Positions 38,417-48,079 are shown, counted from the first letter of the stretch. The stretch: 64,000 bases of DNA from Candidatus Aminicenantes bacterium (GCA_963702005.1 OY969696.1:352001-416000); one strand, 5' to 3'. Numbers and translations: made by a program. Notes: generated by a model from the letters alone, not told the origin.

Positions 38417-40618
38417 ATGAGCACACGGCGTGCCCGTTTCCTATTCGTCCTGCTCGTCCTGGGTTGCCTGATCGCGTCGGCCCTGCCCGGCCCGTCTTCG
38501 GCCGCCCAGGCCGCGCCCAAGAAATTCAGCTTCGAGCAGGCCTTCCTCCGCCAGCCTCCGGTCGTCCTGAAGCCGATGACGCCCGCCTCGGGCTGGTTCG
38601 ACGACGAGCATTACCTTCTCAGGGAGCGGGACGAGAAGGCCAAATCGTTCAAGCTCTGGAAGGTCCGGGCCAAGACGGGCCAAAAAATCCTCCTCCTTGA
38701 CTACGACCTCATTCAAAAAAAACTCCCCGAGGGCCTGGCCGCCTCGGCGCCGGCCGACCAAACGCCGGATTTCGGCCGCCTGATCTACGAATACAAGGGA
38801 GACCTCTATCTCTATTCCCATCCGGCCGGGCTCTTCAAGCGGCTGACGGCCACGATCGACGAGGAGAAGAACGCCCGGCTCTCCCCGGACGGCCGCTTCC
38901 TCGCCTACACCCGGGCCAACAACCTGTTCGCTCTCGACATCGAGGGCGGCCTCGAATACCAGCTGACTTCGGACGGCTCTCCGACCGTTTATAACGGCTG
39001 GGCGTCCTGGGTCTACTACGAAGAGATTCTGGGCCGCGGCTCCCGCTACGCGGCGTTCTGGTGGTCGCCCGACAGCCGCCGGATCGCATTCCTCCGTTTC
39101 GACGACGGACCGGTGCCGACCTTCACGCTGGTCCGATCCGCCGGAGTTCACGGCGAGGTCGAGGTCGCTCACTACCCCAAGCCGGGCGACCCCAATCCCA
39201 AGGTCCGTTTGGGCATCGCCGCCCTTCCCGAGGCCAAGGTCGTCTGGGCCGATTTCGACCCCGAGGCCGACGCCTACCTCGCCTGGCCCGTCTGGTTCTC
39301 CGACGGCTCCAAGCTCTCCGTCCAGTGGATGAACCGCGGCCAAGACACGATCAAGATCTACGCCGTGGACCCGGCGACGGGAAAGAAGGAGGAGATCCAC
39401 GCCGAGTCCCAGCCGTCCTGGGTCGAATTCTTCGAGGACCTGACCATGTTCAAGGACGGCAGCGGCTTCCTCCTCCGCAGCGACGTCGACGGCTGGAGGC
39501 ACCTCTACGCCTACGACCTCGGCGGCAAGCTGCGGGCTCGGGTCACCTCGGGCGATTGGGCCGTGACCGGGATCGGGCTCGTCGACGAGAAGAACGGCAA
39601 AGTCTATTTCTCGGCCCGGAGGGATCCGACCACCGAAAGCCATCTCTACGTCACGCGTCTCGACGGCTCCGGGCTGGAGCGGCTGACCAAGGAGCCGGGA
39701 ACCCACTGGACCTCGGTTTCGCCCGGCGGTTCCTACTTCCTGGATACCTTCTCGAGCATAACGGCGCCGGCCCGGCAAAATCTCTGCACGACGGGCGGCG
39801 TCTTCGTCCGCGCCATCGACACGAGCGAGACGCCGGCCATGAAAGATTACGCCTGGGGCAAGGTCGAGCTGTTCACGATCCCGACCAAGGACGGCTGGAA
39901 CCTGCCGGCCCGCTGGATCCTCCCCCCGGACTTCGACCCCGCCCGTAAATATCCCGTCCTGTTTTCCATCTACGGCGGGCCGGAATCGACCGACGTCGCG
40001 AACTCGTTCCCGTCGCTGGGGAACGTCCTGTACGCCCAGGAGGGAATCATCGTCTTGAGCGTCGACCACCGCGGCTCGAGCCACTTCGGCAAGAAAGGGA
40101 CGGCCCTCATGCACCGCAACCTCGGGAAATGGGAAATGCACGACTGGGGCGAAGCCGTCCGCTGGCTCCGCCAGAAGCCGTTCGTCGACCCGGACCGGAT
40201 CGGGATCACCGGCGGCAGCTACGGCGGCTACGCGACCTGCCTGGCCCTGACCTGCGACGCCGATTATTTCACTCACGGCTACGCCAGCTCTTCGGTCACC
40301 GATTGGAAGCTTTACGACTCCGTCTACACCGAGCGCTACATGGACACGCCGGCCGAGAACCCCCAAGGCTACGAGTTCGGCTCCGTCCTGACCCACGCCG
40401 CGAAGCTCAAGGGCAGGCTTTTCATGGCCCACGGCGACATGGACGACAATGTCCATATGCAGAACTCGGTCCAGCTCATCAACGCCTTCATGGATCTCGG
40501 CAAGGAGTTCGAGTTTATGCTCTATCCCGGCCAGCGCCACGGCTTCGGAGGGAAGAAGCGCGAGCACGACGCCCGCAGCGAATACGGCTTCTGGATGAAG
40601 CATTTTCTCAGCCGCTGA
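38417..40618 (+). CDS. S9B dipeptidyl-peptidase IV family serine peptidase
   Basis: Signal peptide, WVYYEE, WWSPD, YGGP, GGSYGG nucleophile, DDNVH, His; AGGAGG SD. Confidence 0.93.
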   Translation: MSTRRARFLFVLLVLGCLIASALPGPSSAAQAAPKKFSFEQAFLRQPPVVLKPMTPASGWFDDEHYLLRERDEKAKSFKLWKVRAKTGQKILLLDYDLIQKKLPEGLAASAPADQTPDFGRLIYEYKGDLYLYSHPAGLFKRLTATIDEEKNARLSPDGRFLAYTRANNLFALDIEGGLEYQLTSDGSPTVYNGWASWVYYEEILGRGSRYAAFWWSPDSRRIAFLRFDDGPVPTFTLVRSAGVHGEVEVAHYPKPGDPNPKVRLGIAALPEAKVVWADFDPEADAYLAWPVWFSDGSKLSVQWMNRGQDTIKIYAVDPATGKKEEIHAESQPSWVEFFEDLTMFKDGSGFLLRSDVDGWRHLYAYDLGGKLRARVTSGDWAVTGIGLVDEKNGKVYFSARRDPTTESHLYVTRLDGSGLERLTKEPGTHWTSVSPGGSYFLDTFSSITAPARQNLCTTGGVFVRAIDTSETPAMKDYAWGKVELFTIPTKDGWNLPARWILPPDFDPARKYPVLFSIYGGPESTDVANSFPSLGNVLYAQEGIIVLSVDHRGSSHFGKKGTALMHRNLGKWEMHDWGEAVRWLRQKPFVDPDRIGITGGSYGGYATCLALTCDADYFTHGYASSSVTDWKLYDSVYTERYMDTPAENPQGYEFGSVLTHAAKLKGRLFMAHGDMDDNVHMQNSVQLINAFMDLGKEFEFMLYPGQRHGFGGKKREHDARSEYGFWMKHFLSR

Positions 40619-40619
40619 C

Positions 40620-41540
40620 ATGGGGACCGGAGCCAACCATCAAGAGCGCCTCGCCCGCTGCCCTGTCTGCGGGGGCGAACGCCTCATCGCCTATCGGACC
40701 GGAACCTTCGCCGGGTCCGACCTTAGCCCCAAGGAGATTAAGATCACCGACCGCGGCTATGGCCGGCTTTGGGACCTGAGCCTTTGCCGCGACTGCCGCC
40801 ACGTCTTCGCCAATCCGTGCCCGACCCCCGCCCTCATGAACGCTCTCTATGCTGCGGTCGAAGACCCTCTCTACGACGAAGAAGCGGAGGGGCGCTCCCG
40901 CAATTTCGAGAGGATCCTGGCCGGTTTGGAGCGGCTCCTCCCCGGACGGGGACGGCTGTTCGACGTCGGCGCCGCGACGGGGATCCTGCTCGACCTGGCC
41001 CGAGCCCGCGGTTGGGAGCCGGACGGGATCGAGCCCAGCTCCTGGGCCGTCCGTTTCGCCAGGACCAAGTACGGCCTCGCGATCCGGAAAGGAGATTTCG
41101 AGACGGCCCGCCTCCCCTCCCGGGCCTACCAGGCCGTGACCATGATCGATGTCATCGAGCATACGCCCCGGCCGGCGGAGGCCCTCCGGCGGGCCTTCAA
41201 GATCCTCGCGCCGGGCGGTCTTCTTTGCATCGTGACCCCAGACCTGGGGAGCGCGGCCGCCGCGGTCGCGGGCCGGAAATGGTGGCACCTCCGGCCCGGC
41301 CATCTTTCCTACTTCACCCGGCCGAGCCTGACTCGCCTGCTGGAGGGGGCCGGCTTCATTATCATTCGGCGCCGCCGCTATGCATGGACATTCAGCGCTC
41401 ATTACTTGGTCTCCCGCATCGAGGGTTTTCGTTTCTTGCTCGGGGGAGCCCGCTTCGCTTCTTTTTTGAGGAGAATTCCTATAAAATTAGCGCTGGGCGA
41501 TTCCTTCGAGATCTACGCCCGCAAGGGATCGACGGGATGA
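40620..41540 (+). CDS. Class I SAM-dependent methyltransferase with N-terminal CxxC pairs
   Basis: CPVC...CRDC, DVGAATG, DVIEH, LAPGG, HL.YF. Confidence 0.85.
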   Translation: MGTGANHQERLARCPVCGGERLIAYRTGTFAGSDLSPKEIKITDRGYGRLWDLSLCRDCRHVFANPCPTPALMNALYAAVEDPLYDEEAEGRSRNFERILAGLERLLPGRGRLFDVGAATGILLDLARARGWEPDGIEPSSWAVRFARTKYGLAIRKGDFETARLPSRAYQAVTMIDVIEHTPRPAEALRRAFKILAPGGLLCIVTPDLGSAAAAVAGRKWWHLRPGHLSYFTRPSLTRLLEGAGFIIIRRRRYAWTFSAHYLVSRIEGFRFLLGGARFASFLRRIPIKLALGDSFEIYARKGSTG

Positions 41541-42454
41541 AAGCTTACTTCCGCGCCATGCGTCTCGAACGGTGGCCGCGGAGCCTGGCCATCTTCGTCG
41601 GGAGCGCCGCCTTTTTCTTCCTTTATCGTTCGGAGATCGAGCGCCTCGGCCGGCCCGAGGTCTTCGGACGGCTCGTTGTGGCGTTCCTGCTGACCTGGAT
41701 GATCTCGACGGCCAACTACGTCGTCAACGAGATCGCCGACGCGCCCTTCGATATCCATCATCCGACCAAGCGTTTCCGCCCCTTGGTCCAGGGCGAAATC
41801 CGGAAGGGGCCGTTCGCGCTCCTCGGCGCCGGCCTGGCCGCTCTTTCACTGGCCGCGGCTTGGGTCTTGTACTCGCGGCCGTTTGTCTGGTCGCTGGTCG
41901 CCCTTCTCCTGGCCGGTTTCGCTTACAACATCAAGCCTTTCCGGACTAAGGACATTCCCTTCCTGGACTCCGTGTCCGAGTCGGCCAACAATCCCATCCG
42001 GTTCCTGATCGGGTGGTTCGCTGCCCTGGCGCCGGCCCTTCCGCCCACCCGACCGCCCTTGAGCCTCATCCTGAGCTGGTGGGCCTTCGGCAACTTCTTA
42101 ATGGTCGCCAAGAGATTCTCGGAATACCGGTTCCTGAAAGACAAGGCCGGCTTCTACCGCCAGTCCCATAAAGCCTATTCCCGGACGTCGCTCGGCTTAG
42201 GCATGCTCGCCAGCGTCGCGGCTTTCGCGGCGGCCTACCTGTACTTCGCCCTGCGCTTCAAGCTCCAATCCTTCCTCCTCATCCTCCCGCTCATCCTCCT
42301 CTTTTTCGGCCTCATCTACCGCAAGATGCTAGCCGAACGGGACCTCATGGAGGAGCCCGAGCACCTCCTCAAGAACGTTCCGGTCGCGCTGTCCACGCTC
42401 GTCCTCGCCCTCCTATTCGTCCTGGCCTTCGTCCTGGACGAGGTCGGACGATGA
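41537..42454 (+). CDS. UbiA family prenyltransferase (polyprenyl-phosphate phosphoribosyltransferase-like)
   Basis: NYVVNEIAD..FD.HHPTK..RPL, AYN..P.R.K, AKR.SE; multi-TM; ATGA overlap. Confidence 0.8.
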   Translation: MKAYFRAMRLERWPRSLAIFVGSAAFFFLYRSEIERLGRPEVFGRLVVAFLLTWMISTANYVVNEIADAPFDIHHPTKRFRPLVQGEIRKGPFALLGAGLAALSLAAAWVLYSRPFVWSLVALLLAGFAYNIKPFRTKDIPFLDSVSESANNPIRFLIGWFAALAPALPPTRPPLSLILSWWAFGNFLMVAKRFSEYRFLKDKAGFYRQSHKAYSRTSLGLGMLASVAAFAAAYLYFALRFKLQSFLLILPLILLFFGLIYRKMLAERDLMEEPEHLLKNVPVALSTLVLALLFVLAFVLDEVGR

Positions 42455-42496
42455 CCGAGGCGGAGGCGGTCTCATTCCGGATAGGGGAGAACTCTC

Positions 42497-43144
42497 ATGC
42501 CGCTGATCGAAACCGTCCTTAAGCTCGTGCTGGCCACCGCCCTGGGCGGCCTGATCGGGATCGAGCGGGAAACGAGCCAGAAGCCGGCCGGATTCCGGAC
42601 CAACGTCCTCGTCTGCGTCGGGTCGGCCATGATGATGATCCTTTCCGACCTCGTTCTCCAACGGACCGGGGGAGGTCAGGGCGAGCTGACCCGGATGGCG
42701 GCCGGCGTCGTCACCGGGATCGGCTTCATCGGCGCCGGAACCATCATCCAGGCCCGGGGCATGGTCCACGGGCTGACGACGGCCTCGACGCTCTGGGTTG
42801 TGGCCGGCCTCGGTCTCGTGGTCGGGGCCGGATTCTATCTCGAAGCCGTCATCTTCACCGGGATCGTCATCCTGACCCTCGTCCTGTTCCTGAAGCTCGA
42901 GGGACACTTCCACAAACGGGCGGCCGTCCGCTTCCACTTGAGGATGAAGGACTCTGCCGAGGCTCTGGGCAGCCTCCGAAAACTCTCGATCCACCTGGGG
43001 GTCAAGATCGAGGATTTCCATCTCAAACGAGAAAAGGACATCGCCGTCGTCAGCTTCGGGCTGACCGCGTCCGAAGACAAGGAGCAGGAATTCAGCCAGA
43101 GTCTGAGCGAGATCGGCGACATCCTCGAGATCAAGATTGAGTGA
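42497..43144 (+). CDS. MgtC/SapB family membrane protein
   Basis: GG.IG.ERE...K.AG.RT..LV, R.AA.VV.GIGFIGAG.I, GLTTA. Confidence 0.93.
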   Translation: MPLIETVLKLVLATALGGLIGIERETSQKPAGFRTNVLVCVGSAMMMILSDLVLQRTGGGQGELTRMAAGVVTGIGFIGAGTIIQARGMVHGLTTASTLWVVAGLGLVVGAGFYLEAVIFTGIVILTLVLFLKLEGHFHKRAAVRFHLRMKDSAEALGSLRKLSIHLGVKIEDFHLKREKDIAVVSFGLTASEDKEQEFSQSLSEIGDILEIKIE

Positions 43145-43754
43145 GACTCGCATCCTGGCGGCTACCACCAACCGGGGCAAGGCCGCCGAAATCCGCGCCG
43201 CGCTGGCCGGCCTTCCTATCGTCCTTGTCACGCTCGATGAGCTCGGCATCCTCGCCCGGGCGCCCGAGACCGGAACCTCCTTCCTGGAGAACGCGCGGGC
43301 TAAAAGCCTCTTCTACAGCGGGAAGACCGACCTCCTGACCCTGGCGGAAGACTCCGGGCTCGAGGTCGAGAGCTTGGGCGGGGCGCCGGGCATTTATTCG
43401 GCCCGCTTTTCGGGACCGGCCGCCACGGACGAGACCAACATCCGGAAGCTCCTCCGGCTGATGACGGGCTTCCCCCGCGCGAAACGCAGGGCTTGTTTTG
43501 TCTGCTGCGTAGTCCTTTCCCGGCGGGGCCGGGTTCTCAAGGAAGTCACCGGCCGCGTCCAAGGATTCATCGCCCTCGAAAAGAAAGGCGCGCTCGGCTT
43601 CGGCTACGATCCCGTCTTCTGGTACCAGCCCCTCCGCAGGCACTTCGGGGAACTCGCGGCGGCGGACAAGAATCGGATCAGCCATCGCGGGCGAGCGCTC
43701 AACAAGCTGGCTGCGTATCTGACCGCCCACCCCGAGGTCCCGACGGCGCCTTGA
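43137..43754 (+). CDS. rdgB: Non-canonical purine NTP pyrophosphatase (HAM1/RdgB)
   Basis: TTN.GK..E, F.ENA..K, EDSGL, PGIYSAR, FGYDPVF, KN.ISHR. Confidence 0.93.
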   Translation: MSETRILAATTNRGKAAEIRAALAGLPIVLVTLDELGILARAPETGTSFLENARAKSLFYSGKTDLLTLAEDSGLEVESLGGAPGIYSARFSGPAATDETNIRKLLRLMTGFPRAKRRACFVCCVVLSRRGRVLKEVTGRVQGFIALEKKGALGFGYDPVFWYQPLRRHFGELAAADKNRISHRGRALNKLAAYLTAHPEVPTAP

Positions 43755-43790
43755 GAGGAGGGAGGGGGATAAGCCCCCTCCTCTCATTTC
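43752..43790. terminator. Hairpin between convergent rdgB and comEA
   Basis: GGAGGGGG-ATAAG-CCCCCTCC stem, spanning both stop codons. Confidence 0.55.
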
Positions 43791-44095
43791 GAGGCGGCTT
43801 CGCTTCCGACCGTGATCAGATCCTTGATCCGGCCGAAGATCTTCTCGCCGATCCCCTTGACCTTCATGATGTCTTCAATCCGCTTAAAGCCGCCGTTCTC
43901 CTTGCGGTAGTCGATGATCCGCTGGGCGATCTTGGGCCCGATCTGGGGGATCTTTTCGAGCTCCGCGGCCGAGGCCGTGTTGATGTTGATTTTTTCCGCG
44001 CCGCCCTTCGACTGGGCGAAAGCGGACGCGAAACCGGCCAAGAGGATGAAGACCGCGACGAGCGCGGCCGCCGCCTTGAATTTGGGGTGAAACAT
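43784..44095 (-). CDS. ComEA-like helix-hairpin-helix DNA-binding protein
   Basis: Signal peptide; ININTAS..EL..IP.IG...A..II.YR...G.F...ED...VKGIG. Confidence 0.92.
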   Translation of the reverse strand: MFHPKFKAAAALVAVFILLAGFASAFAQSKGGAEKININTASAAELEKIPQIGPKIAQRIIDYRKENGGFKRIEDIMKVKGIGEKIFGRIKDLITVGSEAASK

Positions 44096-44120
44096 GCAGC
44101 CTCCTTTCGCAGCCATCTAT

Positions 44121-44136
44121 AGCAAGGAAGGTGCCA
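44121..44136 (-). promoter_or_regulatory. sigma54 promoter of comEA-like gene
   Basis: TGGCAC-CTTCC-TTGCT on minus strand, with AT-rich tract upstream (44150-44185). Confidence 0.75.
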
Positions 44137-44304
44137 TTTCTCACCGTGCTTGTATCTTATTTATTATCTGCGTTATAGATTCATTGCCTGGACTCAGTCC
44201 GTCAACCGGAATTTCTTTTCGCCGCCAACTCGGGCAACGCGGATTGACATATCCCCCTGCGCCCGGATTCGAGGAGGGAAGGTTCCCCTGCTTTCGGCCT
44301 TAGC

Positions 44305-47031
44305 TTAGCTTTTATTTGGCTTGGCCAAGTAAATGTTGCCCGTTATTTCGCTCACGTGAAAGATGATTTTATCCCTGGCGATTCCGATCGTCCCGCTGCC
44401 GGGCGGAAAGTTCAGGCGGAACCGGGCCTGGTGGGCGTGATACACGCTGATGGCCCCGCCGACGGGCCTTTTCGAGGCCGGGTCAAGACGCTGCGCGTAG
44501 AGACAGCAGGAGCCGTCCCTTTCCGAGAGATAGTAGAGGAGACGCCCGTTCGGGGACCACTTGGGCGAACGCAGGCAATGGTCGTCTTCGCAGACGAGAA
44601 TGGATTCCTTCTCCGAAACCGGAGCCGTGCCGAGCGGCGCCAGACAGATCGCGGCCCGGCCGTCCGGCTTGCCGACGAGGAAGCTGATCCAGCAGTCATC
44701 CGGCGAGAGGGTTGCATCTGCAATGAAGCCGGACTCGACGGCCAGGACCGGAATTTTCTCCCCGGACTCGACATTCAGCCTGAAGAGCTCGTTGCGTCGG
44801 CCCGCGACAAGGACGTAATGCGCGTCCGAATAGAAACATATCATCTGGCAAGACTGGCAGATCTCCCTGCCGGCGGTCGATCCCCCGGAGATGATGTAAG
44901 TCCGGTTGACATCGGAAACGGTATCCTGATAGGCGAGGACGGATCCGTCGGAGCTGAGCCGGGGCCGCTTATTGAGACTGAACTCTCCTTGCATGGGAAT
45001 GGAGGTCTCCCGTCCGCTCTTCAAGTCCTTCACCCGGACCTCGACCGATGCCGTCCGGAGACTTCCGAAGGTGATGAACGCGATTTTGGAGCCGTCGAGG
45101 CTCAACGAAGAATCGAAGGCGGGCATGAGGTCTTCCGTGATCTTGCGTGGCTCTCCCGAGATAAAGCCTTCATCCGGCTTCGCCGCCAGGCTCCAGGGAC
45201 CCATGATCACCGAGATGTTGGCGAATACAATCCGGCCGTCGCGCGTCACGGAGGCGTAGTTTTTCATGCCCGGTCCGAAACTGACGGGCTCGGCCGGCCC
45301 GCGGATCGCCCAGCTTCCGGGTTCGATCGGCGTCCGGAAAATATTGATACCCTCGACGGTCGACCCCGAAATGAAATACACATCGGAGCCCGCCCAGCCG
45401 ATCGGATAGGTGACGAAGATAGACAGCGAGAGATTTTTAAAGGCGCCGGTCCGGACGGGGGGGCCTCCGTCGACCGGAGCAACCCACCAATCCTCGGAGG
45501 CCGGGTCGCCGACGCGCCAGCCGTAGAAAAGCAAGGATTTTCCATCGGGCGACCAGACCGGAGCCGATCCCGTCTCCCAGGCCAAAACGCAGAACTCCGG
45601 CAGAAAAGGTCTCGGCGCCCCTCCCTGGGGAGAGACTAAGTATATTTTTATGAGTCGGGTCTCCAGCGAGGCAGGGATATCTAGGTAGGCGATCAGGGAG
45701 CCGTCGGGCGAAAACCGGGGGCAATCGCCCCGCTCGGCGATCCGGCGGGCCTCGCCGCCCAAGGCGTCAATGATGTAGATTCCGCCCCCGTCCCGGCCGG
45801 ATTTGAACGCGATCTTGGAGCCGTCGGGCGCAAAGGAAGGAGACGTGTCATCGGCCGGATCGTCGGTCAGGCGGAGGGGCTGCCCACCGGCGACCTGCTG
45901 AACCCAGATATCGAGCATCCCATCCCCGCTCCGGTCGGATGCGTAGGCCACCAGGCTCCCGTCGAGCGAAATCGTAGGCATACCGCTGAACCCGGAGTCG
46001 AAGGTCAGTCGCGAGGTCTCATATTCGACCGGCCCCTTGGGTTTGAAGAACAAGAGCCTGAACAGAACGGCCCCGACGCCGATCAAGACCAGCGCGGCGG
46101 CCGCGATGACGGGAAGCGGCCGTTTTCGGGGCTTGATCCCGGCCGCGACGGCCTTGAGCTTTCCCGATTCCGAATCCTCCTTCAAGTCCTGGAGAGCAAC
46201 CTTGAGGTCGGACATGGTCTGCCAGCGGCGCGAAGGGTCCTTGCGGAGGCAGCGGACGAGGACCCGCTCGATGTCCTGGGGAAGGGAGTCGTTCAATTCT
46301 CCGGCCGGCTTCGGCTCTTCGCGGAGGATCGCGGCCAAGGTCGAGATCCGGCTCTCCCGGCTGAACGCCCTCTGGCCCGTCAACATCTCATAGAGAACGG
46401 CCCCGAAGGAGAAGATGTCCGAGCGGGGATCGACTTTTCTCCCTTCGGCCTGCTCCGGGGACATGTAGGCCGCCGTCCCCATGATGAAGCCCTCCTCCGT
46501 GCGCGGTTTTTCCGCCTCCTTGATGGTGGCCGTGGGCCCCAGCTGGCCGGCCTCGGGCTCCTCGACGAGCTTGGCCAGTCCGAAGTCGAGGATTTTGGCC
46601 CGGCCGTCGTGAGTGACCAGGATGTTGCTCGGCTTGAGGTCGCGGTGGACGATTCCAGCGGCGTGGGCCCTGGCCAGGCCGTCTGCGATCTGGACGGCGC
46701 AGTCGAGGGCGTTTTCGAGCTTCATCCCCCGGCGTCCGACCAGCCGGTCCAGGGTTTGGCCGTCCACATACTCCATGACGATGAAATCCAGCCCGTCGGC
46801 GGAGGCGATGTCGTAGACGGTGATTATGTTGGGATGGTTCAGGGCCGAAGCGGCCTTCGCCTCCTGGACGAAACGCCGCTTGCGCTCGGGGTCGGCGACC
46901 TTTTCGGGCGGCAGAACCTTAACGGCGACCGCCCGATCCAGGTGGGTGTCGAGGGCTTTGTAGACGACGCCCATCCCGCCTTCCCCGATCTTCTCGATGA
47001 TTCGATAGTGGAGGAGCGTTTTCCCGATCAT
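44305..47031 (-). CDS. Hanks-type Ser/Thr kinase with TM and TolB/PD40-like beta-propeller
   Basis: IGEGGMG.VY, VAVK, HRDLKPSN, DFGLA, YMSPEQ; repeated WSPDG/FSPDG. Confidence 0.93.
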   Translation of the reverse strand: MIGKTLLHYRIIEKIGEGGMGVVYKALDTHLDRAVAVKVLPPEKVADPERKRRFVQEAKAASALNHPNIITVYDIASADGLDFIVMEYVDGQTLDRLVGRRGMKLENALDCAVQIADGLARAHAAGIVHRDLKPSNILVTHDGRAKILDFGLAKLVEEPEAGQLGPTATIKEAEKPRTEEGFIMGTAAYMSPEQAEGRKVDPRSDIFSFGAVLYEMLTGQRAFSRESRISTLAAILREEPKPAGELNDSLPQDIERVLVRCLRKDPSRRWQTMSDLKVALQDLKEDSESGKLKAVAAGIKPRKRPLPVIAAAALVLIGVGAVLFRLLFFKPKGPVEYETSRLTFDSGFSGMPTISLDGSLVAYASDRSGDGMLDIWVQQVAGGQPLRLTDDPADDTSPSFAPDGSKIAFKSGRDGGGIYIIDALGGEARRIAERGDCPRFSPDGSLIAYLDIPASLETRLIKIYLVSPQGGAPRPFLPEFCVLAWETGSAPVWSPDGKSLLFYGWRVGDPASEDWWVAPVDGGPPVRTGAFKNLSLSIFVTYPIGWAGSDVYFISGSTVEGINIFRTPIEPGSWAIRGPAEPVSFGPGMKNYASVTRDGRIVFANISVIMGPWSLAAKPDEGFISGEPRKITEDLMPAFDSSLSLDGSKIAFITFGSLRTASVEVRVKDLKSGRETSIPMQGEFSLNKRPRLSSDGSVLAYQDTVSDVNRTYIISGGSTAGREICQSCQMICFYSDAHYVLVAGRRNELFRLNVESGEKIPVLAVESGFIADATLSPDDCWISFLVGKPDGRAAICLAPLGTAPVSEKESILVCEDDHCLRSPKWSPNGRLLYYLSERDGSCCLYAQRLDPASKRPVGGAISVYHAHQARFRLNFPPGSGTIGIARDKIIFHVSEITGNIYLAKPNKS

Positions 47032-47082
47032 GCCGTCTCGTCCCTTCCTCGAACAGCCATTATATATGCCCCGCTTTCGACG

Positions 47083-47169
47083 AAGTCAACCCTTCGACAC
47101 CCATACTAAGCCGGAAACGGCTTAGTATGAGTGCTGCAAGGCTGGGTAGCGTCGGCGAACGGGTCAAGG
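47083..47169 (-). repeat. Structured intergenic repeat, copy B
   Basis: 79/87 identical to copy A; hairpin CATACTAAGCCG-GAAA-CGGCTTAGTATG (47102-47129). Confidence 0.92.
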
Positions 47170-47194
47170 AGGACGCACCGAGCGAAGCCGCGAT

Positions 47195-48079
47195 CTAAGA
47201 GCGGGGGTGGCTCTTGCGGTAGACATCGAGCAGGCGGCCCAGGTCGATGTGGGTGTATTTCTGGGTCGTGGCCAAGCTGGCGTGGCCAAGGAGCTCCTGG
47301 ATCGTCCTCAGATCGGCCCCCCGGCTCAGGAGATGGGAGGCGAACGAATGTCTCAACGAATGGGGACTGATTCGGCGCCGGACGGCGGCCCGGCGGATGT
47401 ACTTGTCTACGATCCTCTCGACGGAGCGCGATGTCAGGCGGCCGCCCCTCCGGTTCAGGAAAACGGCTTTTTCACCGAGCCTCTCGCCGGCCAGAACGGC
47501 CCTCGCCCGAAGATAAGCCCGGAGCCTCTCTTCAGCCGTGCGGCCGAACGGGACGACCCTCTCTTTTTTTCCCTTGCCCCGAACCCGGACGAGTCTCTCG
47601 CCCAAATGGACGTCCTCGAGATCCATCCCGACCAGTTCGCTGACCCGGATCCCCGTCGCGTAGAGGAATTCGAGCAAGCCCTTATCGCGCAGGGTCAGCG
47701 GCTTCTCGCCCGTCGGGACGTCGAGGAAAGCGGCCATCTCCTCCTCGCTGAGGAACGACGGGATGGGCCGATCGAGCTTGGGTGTCGCGACGACCTTGGC
47801 CGGGTTGTCCTCGACCCATTTTTTCCTGAGGCAAAACGCATAGAACGAGCGCAGGGCGGCCAATTTTCGGGCCACGCTCGATTTGCGGAGCTTGCTTTCG
47901 TGGAGCCGGGCCAGGAACCCGCGGATGACATAGGGATCCGCCCGTCGGAAATCCGCTTTTTTGTCCTTGAGGTAAGCCGCGTACTGGGCAAGGTCTCTCC
48001 GGTATCCGGCCACGGTGTGGACGGAGGCGTTCTTCTCGTACTCGAGGAACGCCAGGAAGGCCTCAAGCTCCTTGGTCAT
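47195..48079 (-). CDS. xerC: Tyrosine recombinase XerC
   Basis: YATG.RVSEL, GKG.KER, PHSLRHSFASHLL..GADLR.IQELLGH.SL.TTQ.Y; dprA-topA-xerC synteny. Confidence 0.9.
   Translation of the reverse strand: MTKELEAFLAFLEYEKNASVHTVAGYRRDLAQYAAYLKDKKADFRRADPYVIRGFLARLHESKLRKSSVARKLAALRSFYAFCLRKKWVEDNPAKVVATPKLDRPIPSFLSEEEMAAFLDVPTGEKPLTLRDKGLLEFLYATGIRVSELVGMDLEDVHLGERLVRVRGKGKKERVVPFGRTAEERLRAYLRARAVLAGERLGEKAVFLNRRGGRLTSRSVERIVDKYIRRAAVRRRISPHSLRHSFASHLLSRGADLRTIQELLGHASLATTQKYTHIDLGRLLDVYRKSHPRS

Noticed and set aside
38441-40636. Long antisense ORFs (e.g. 731 aa here, 913 aa at 54956-57697, 541 aa at 9083-10708)
   Set aside because: Shadow frames opposite well-supported genes, expected in high-GC DNA; no recognisable motifs.
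40769-41536. N-terminal extensions in the ORF track (UbiA 561 aa, pstA 389 aa, rsfS 221 aa, HIT 167 aa, hicA 134 aa)
   Set aside because: Extensions overlap upstream genes or promoters and lack family similarity; downstream starts have SD, promoter or ATGA-coupling support.
47195-48079. Tyrosine recombinase as a phage/island integrase
   Set aside because: Size, motifs and dprA-topA-xerC synteny fit housekeeping XerC; no att repeats or cargo.
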